From Lingula anatina (lineage: Eukaryota; Animalia; Brachiopoda): 64,000 nt of DNA. The stretch spans positions 1,550,001-1,614,000 of the forward strand of contig CM120641.1 of the NCBI GenBank assembly GCA_051362555.1. The letters are read 5' to 3'. The notes below the pieces were generated by a model. The model was not told the DNA's origin and did not search any database. It worked only from the letters and a program-made list of their open reading frames with translations. Both the position numbers and the translations under genes were made by a program. Below are positions 58,400 to 64,000 of this stretch, one piece after another. The stretch's first letter is position 1, and each line of letters begins with the position of its first letter.

Positions 58400-61300
58400 G
58401 TAAGATGTACATGTAACTGGAGAGATAACCACATACATACAATACATGTGACATTCCAATATCTAATGCAAACTTAGTATGGTTGCATGCACAGGGAATG
58501 GACTTGCTTACATAACTAGTTGCTTGATACAGAAACAATAAAATAAGTATTGAAAATTTTATGACATTCAATCAAATTGAAAATTGACACTTGGGCAATA
58601 TGTGTGTGTGCGTGTAAATGTGAATGTGTGTGTATGCGTGCGTTGCATTAATAAATATAGCAACTTAGTCATAATGGAACAGTGATGTCTAATAGCACAC
58701 AGTGTTCTATATAAAACTGCATGCCATTCAACTGTTGTGAACTGAATATCAAATTCACGTCATATCTTAAACACCATGGGGTAATTATTCATTTTGTGCA
58801 GATTGGAAGACAACTGGAGATGTCTCTCTGCTTTGTCATGCTTTATCTAGAATAACACCTCTTTTGGATATTGTGCAAGTTCAAGGAATTATTCAAGATA
58901 TTCAATCCAAGTTTTCATAAAACACTAAAAGATTTAATGGAATTATACAATGACATCTACACACGAGTGAACGCAAAGATCCATTAAATCAGGAAAATGA
59001 CAATAAATATTTTAGAAGAATTATATATTGCTGCTTGTAATATGCATAAAGTTGTAATAATTAACTGATCATCTTGAAAGCTGCAAACATGAAATTTGGA
59101 AGCATTTAGGAAAAAATTTAATAAAAAAAAATGGGTTTGCAAAACAAGGTTAATAATAATATCTGATTGATAAATTTCTGTGACAGATATATTTCAGAAT
59201 CTACCCTCAGAATGCTGACTTTAATGAGATTATACAGGGCATCAGGGCCTGTATATTTACTACTCTCACAGATAGACTGAATATTATTCAAGCAAAAGTC
59301 TGTTGCTACTCTGAAGTGTAAATAGGCTGGTTCCTGATTAAATTGGCTAAATTAACAACTTCTGTATTCAGTTAAAAAGGAATTGTTTTTAAGCAGTGCT
59401 GTACATGTGTTAACCTTACTGTAAGTTGCGAACACGTAGTCTGAAGGACTCCTCACAAAATTTGGACCAAATCGGCAAGTTCTCATGTGCCACGTGTGAG
59501 AGCGGCTGACAATAAATACATTTCTAAGTATTTCCCAGAATGCGCATTTAAGGACAGCCAGCCTTAATGCAATAAACGTTTGCCGAGATCAGTGTTATTG
59601 CTTTGAAAAGGGCTGTTGGGAAATCCTGTACACAGTTTATTATCTTTCGTTTCATTCTGATTTAATCAATGGGAGAAGGTACTGTACATTACTTAAGAGA
59701 GGAAAAGTTTTTAATTTTACATCAAAATTAGATTGACCTGGGTTAACAGTAGTCTTCAGCAGAAATAGAAAAAGAGAAAAAAATCTCCAGAGAAAATTTA
59801 AGGCACACAAAGTTGCAACATGGAATTTTACCATGTAACTGAGGTCTGTTAGGAATTTGAAATACTCTGTGCACTTCTTGAAAAACCCACCGAAAATTTG
59901 GGATTTTTTTCACAATTATTGCAAACATGTTTAAGTTTTAATCAGACACCATTTTAAGACAGTTTATACAAGCTGGGTTTTACAATTGACTTTCCATCTC
60001 TAAGCATTAAAATCCTTTATTGCTTAAGTACTTCAAAGTAAGCATATGAAAAGCCTGTGATTTTTAAATCAAAAATTGCACAAAATCATACATTGGCATG
60101 CAAACCAATTATTTCCATCTCACTTTGAACCTGTACTGTTGAACATATAACTCTTAACTGTTGCAATTTGTCATGTTAGTACATCAAACAATGCAGTAAA
60201 GCTAATTTCTGTCTGAATAAATCTTATATTTGAACAGATCTTTACGCTAAGTGCTTTTAATTCAACCACATGAAATATTTGTATATCTTTATAAGTATAA
60301 ATACCATTAACATAAAAATTCAAAGATACTCGTAATTTTAATCATACTTATATCATTGTAAAAGTGGCCTAAAAGTGCAAGACACCAGCCCTTGATAAAT
60401 ATAGAACTGTTTCAATTTTCAAAGGCAATGCAATGAAGCTTGAAATGCATCTAACCAAGGAATCATTAAAACCGAAGAGCTTCATTACCTCACATCACAG
60501 CTATTATTCCACTACTCAAAAATAACAGGATGTTGTGGAAGCGGCCATGCCCCAGTAAGGTGAAGGATTTACGATAATTCTAAAAGCTTATAGCACAAAT
60601 AAGGTGATAAGGCAGCCACTCAAATAATGAAGGTGAAATATTCCAGTGGAATTGTTAGTTCTGTGAATCAAATAAAAGATGAGAGCATTGCACTGTCTGT
60701 GAAATTCATCAATTGTTTAGCATTTTAGTTACTATTGGAGAAGCTAAATTAAATCTGTAAATGGGCAGAAATCATATTAGCAAAACTAAACATTGATTTT
60801 TTTGTGGACTTCTGTTTTGAAAAAATGCTGTGCTAATTAACTGTTGTGTCAAATGCACCACCTTACAAGCACGACCACCCAGCCCAATCGGACAATCCTT
60901 CACATCCCATAATAATATCTCTTCATTAATTATAAACATTAAAACTGGCCCATGATGGAACCTATTTACTAAGGAGCTGGGAGGCTGGGATATCAGAGAG
61001 ATTAGAATGTCTCCTGATGGTTAGAAATTGTAATCACACCATCTGCTGAGTTGTTGCAGCACTGGTTGATAAATCATAAAAATTGGACCGCACATTTTGC
61101 AATGGGAGTTCATTTTATTCATATTTCTAGTTACTAATATACACAGATAAAGATAGGAGGTGGCTTAATTAATGAAAGCATTCTATGCTCTCCTGTACTA
61201 GTAATAAATACAATAACAAACAACATTTATAGCTATTTACTTAAACCTAACAAAGACATTTATAAGAACAAGAATCAAACACAAATGCACTTTGGAAATA

Positions 61301-63890
61301 ATTCTTATTTTATACCAGCAGACAAGACATGTAAGGAGACCATCAATCACTCTGGCTTTAATAGAACTTCAAAGTGAGCAGAAATAGAAACTGCTCCCAT
61401 CAATTAATAAGCAAGGACTTAATTGATGCATAAACAAAAAGAAACCACAGAAGTCAAATGGAAAAGTAAAATCCAGGCCTGTAGTCAGAATTTTCAAAAG
61501 AGAGTTTTTTTTTTCTGAAAAAAATAGACCCTTTTTCCACAAAACTTATTTATATTGTATATTATTTTCGGTACTAGTATAAAACATGGAAAGCTTTTCT
61601 ACTTAGTGTGGACATCTCCAGCCAATTTTTCCAGTCAAAAACGTGATACTGTGATGACTCAATATGTTCAATCGGGGAAAATTAACAATCTTTTGGATAC
61701 ATAATTTTTGAATCATTAAAACATATTTCTCTTTTGCATTTGTGGTGTTTTACTGTACACAACAGAATTATAAAGCACCCTGCTTTTCAATTTTGCTGCT
61801 CACACTCAATAAGAATGTTCTAATTTTAATAAATAAAACTTTGAAAAATACAGTACCTGTAAAATTCTAAATTTTCCCCATTGAAAGGGTTAATCTTCTC
61901 CACTGAATGATCCCCCCTTCCAATTAGCCTGAAAATCCAACTTCTGGCATTAAAATATATATACCCATAATATATAATTATCTGATATATTGCAGATATG
62001 TAGAGTATACATAAAACACAGTTTTCTCAGTGCGTTCCACATGGAATATCTAGTTTCCTGTACATTTCTGCCCCCGGGTCTCCCTTTCCTCTGGTTACCA
62101 ATAACCACTCATTTATGGTTACATGTACAACACGATTACAGCTCCGCAATTTGTCACACCTGACAATCAAGATCTAATACTGTCCTTCCACATGTTCCGT
62201 GAGGGTCTGATTTTATTATAAGACTTATAAAAATTCTACATTTAAAATTTGCCAGCGGATTCTTTTTTAAAGTGATTGCTATCAAGAAATCAAACCAGTT
62301 TATTATCTATCATCTAGTTAGTATATATCAGTTTTAACAGTTTTAATTATTAAAATAAACATCTGGTATGCAGTTCGACCGGTGCCGAAAATGAGGACTC
62401 CAAGCTGCCTGTTTCCAGTGAAGTTTGATCACCTGATGAATGAAGCAATGATATCAATACAAATATCAAACCTATTTGCTACTATGAATTGCTGCACTTA
62501 ATGAGATTTCCACCTCAAGAAATCGGTTTAATTTCTTACGTGGGGAAGCCATAATCGTGGGTGTTTTATACAGAGTTGCACAGAAAAACTTGCACAAGAG
62601 TGAGTGAAGACTTATATATGCAGCAATTAACAAAATCAACAAACCCCTCAGTCCTGTGAGATAATGAAAAGCTTTGGAAACCTCTAGTTGCAGAGTTTGT
62701 ACAAATTTGTGTGAGTTTCACCTAAAGTTTATATAATCTTTGGTATCTATAAGCAAAAAAAAAAAAAAAAATTAGCATTTGTGAGAACCTGTGGATATAT
62801 CATTTTCATAATACTGCTGTATACTGCAGACTGATGTTGAGCTAAATGTGCAATGATCATTCTTTTTTACAAATAGGTCTTTTTTGCCAAATCTGGCAAT
62901 GTAAATGGTTTTGTTTACATCTTTAACCCTTGATAAAGTTCCAGGTCATCAACATACAAGTTAAGTATAATTTCAAAATGGCCACCAAAACTACTATGAA
63001 ACAGAAAAGTATATCTAGAGATGGTCACTAAAACTGTATATTTGTTATAAACTGAAATAAAAAAAATACACAAGGTGCTAAAACCCCCATTTCTATACCA
63101 TGTCTTATATTTTCTTCTCACTGCTTTTGTTTTCATTATCATGAGTTGTTTTTTATAGAAAGGTTCCTGTGCCTGTCATATATCCCTGACAATTTCTCAA
63201 TCAAAGATGGGGCACTGGCTGCCCTCCTATCTTGCTTCTAATAGAATCCAATAAGAATGTCTATTAAGAGCAATCAAAGTGACCCAAGCAGATTGCCTGT
63301 GAAAGCTGCACAAGAGGACACTTGATCAGAATGAGCAAAATCTAATTTACTCAGGAACAAAGAGGAAATCTAATATAACTGTAGAAAGAAAAATGGCGGT
63401 TATAAATCATTCATTTTTTAAGTCAAATAGTTGATGCCCCATATCATTAGGTAATGATAGTTATTTGAAAGTGGATATCTTTGAACATGAAATAAGCCAA
63501 ACTATAAATAAAAAAATAAAAATAAATGACCACAGCATAAAAAGTCACATGTATGTGCAACAGTTTTGTTCCACTTACAGTATGATAATTATCTGATACA
63601 GCATGCACTGTCCTCCATCAGTCACCTTATTCTTACCTGAATATTAGAGTTTTTCAGTTATTTTTCTCATAAAAGGTATATTATTGAATATCTATCAGTC
63701 TAGTAAAAATTTAAACAATTCAGATATTGTTAGAAAAAAGGTTCAATGTCATCTTAAAACAACTTTAATATAATATAATATATAAACACCTAACTTTAAT
63801 ATAATATATAAATACCTATTAATAAATAGTCTGATTTCTATTTTCCTTCCTACTGTTTGTACATGTAGTATACAAGTATTGACTGTCTGA

Positions 63891-63995
63891 GGTCACCTCT
63901 TGGCTAGGTTCAACTTGAAGCTGGGAAAATTGATCAACGCCAAAGGCAGAGGTCAATTATCCTCGCTTCAGGTTGAACCTAGTCGAGAAGTGACC
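63891..63995. repeat. 105-bp near-perfect palindrome (hairpin MITE-like)
   Basis: 31-bp arms with 4 transition mismatches, and pairing continues almost to the centre (GCC AAA GGC). Confidence 0.8.
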
Positions 63996-64000
63996 AAAGC

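Noticed and set aside
59472-59510. CGTGTGAGAGCGGCTGA resembling the 3' part of miR-210 in a small hairpin
   Set aside because: The seed differs and the ~38-nt hairpin is too short for a pre-miRNA.

Overview
AT-rich, intron-rich eukaryotic DNA with GT-AG introns, microsatellites and MITEs. It looks like a marine invertebrate, possibly a lophotrochozoan, but the taxon cannot be fixed from sequence alone. Exon phases were walked by hand. Left to right: (1) PARG on the minus strand, 16 coding exons visible, 3' end off the left edge; (2) RPS24 on the plus strand, head-to-head with PARG across a promoter of under 200 bp; (3) about 15 kb with no recognisable CDS, holding MITEs, a nested Harbinger-type insertion and a 25-bp minisatellite; (4) a 10-coding-exon, 556-aa protein with three tandem galectin-fold domains that lack the canonical sugar-binding residues and end in SCCPVCVGCVIM*, a K-Ras4B-type CaaX box with extra cysteines; (5) an intronless 332-aa charged orphan ORF and a candidate small spliced ORF, both minus strand; (6) the 3' half of an intron-containing hydantoinase/oxoprolinase + DUF917 fusion gene on the minus strand, whose large intron may hold an antisense TATA promoter and first exon. 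The most unusual item is the predicted prenylated tri-domain galectin-like protein, which the ORF track misses because it appears only after splicing.
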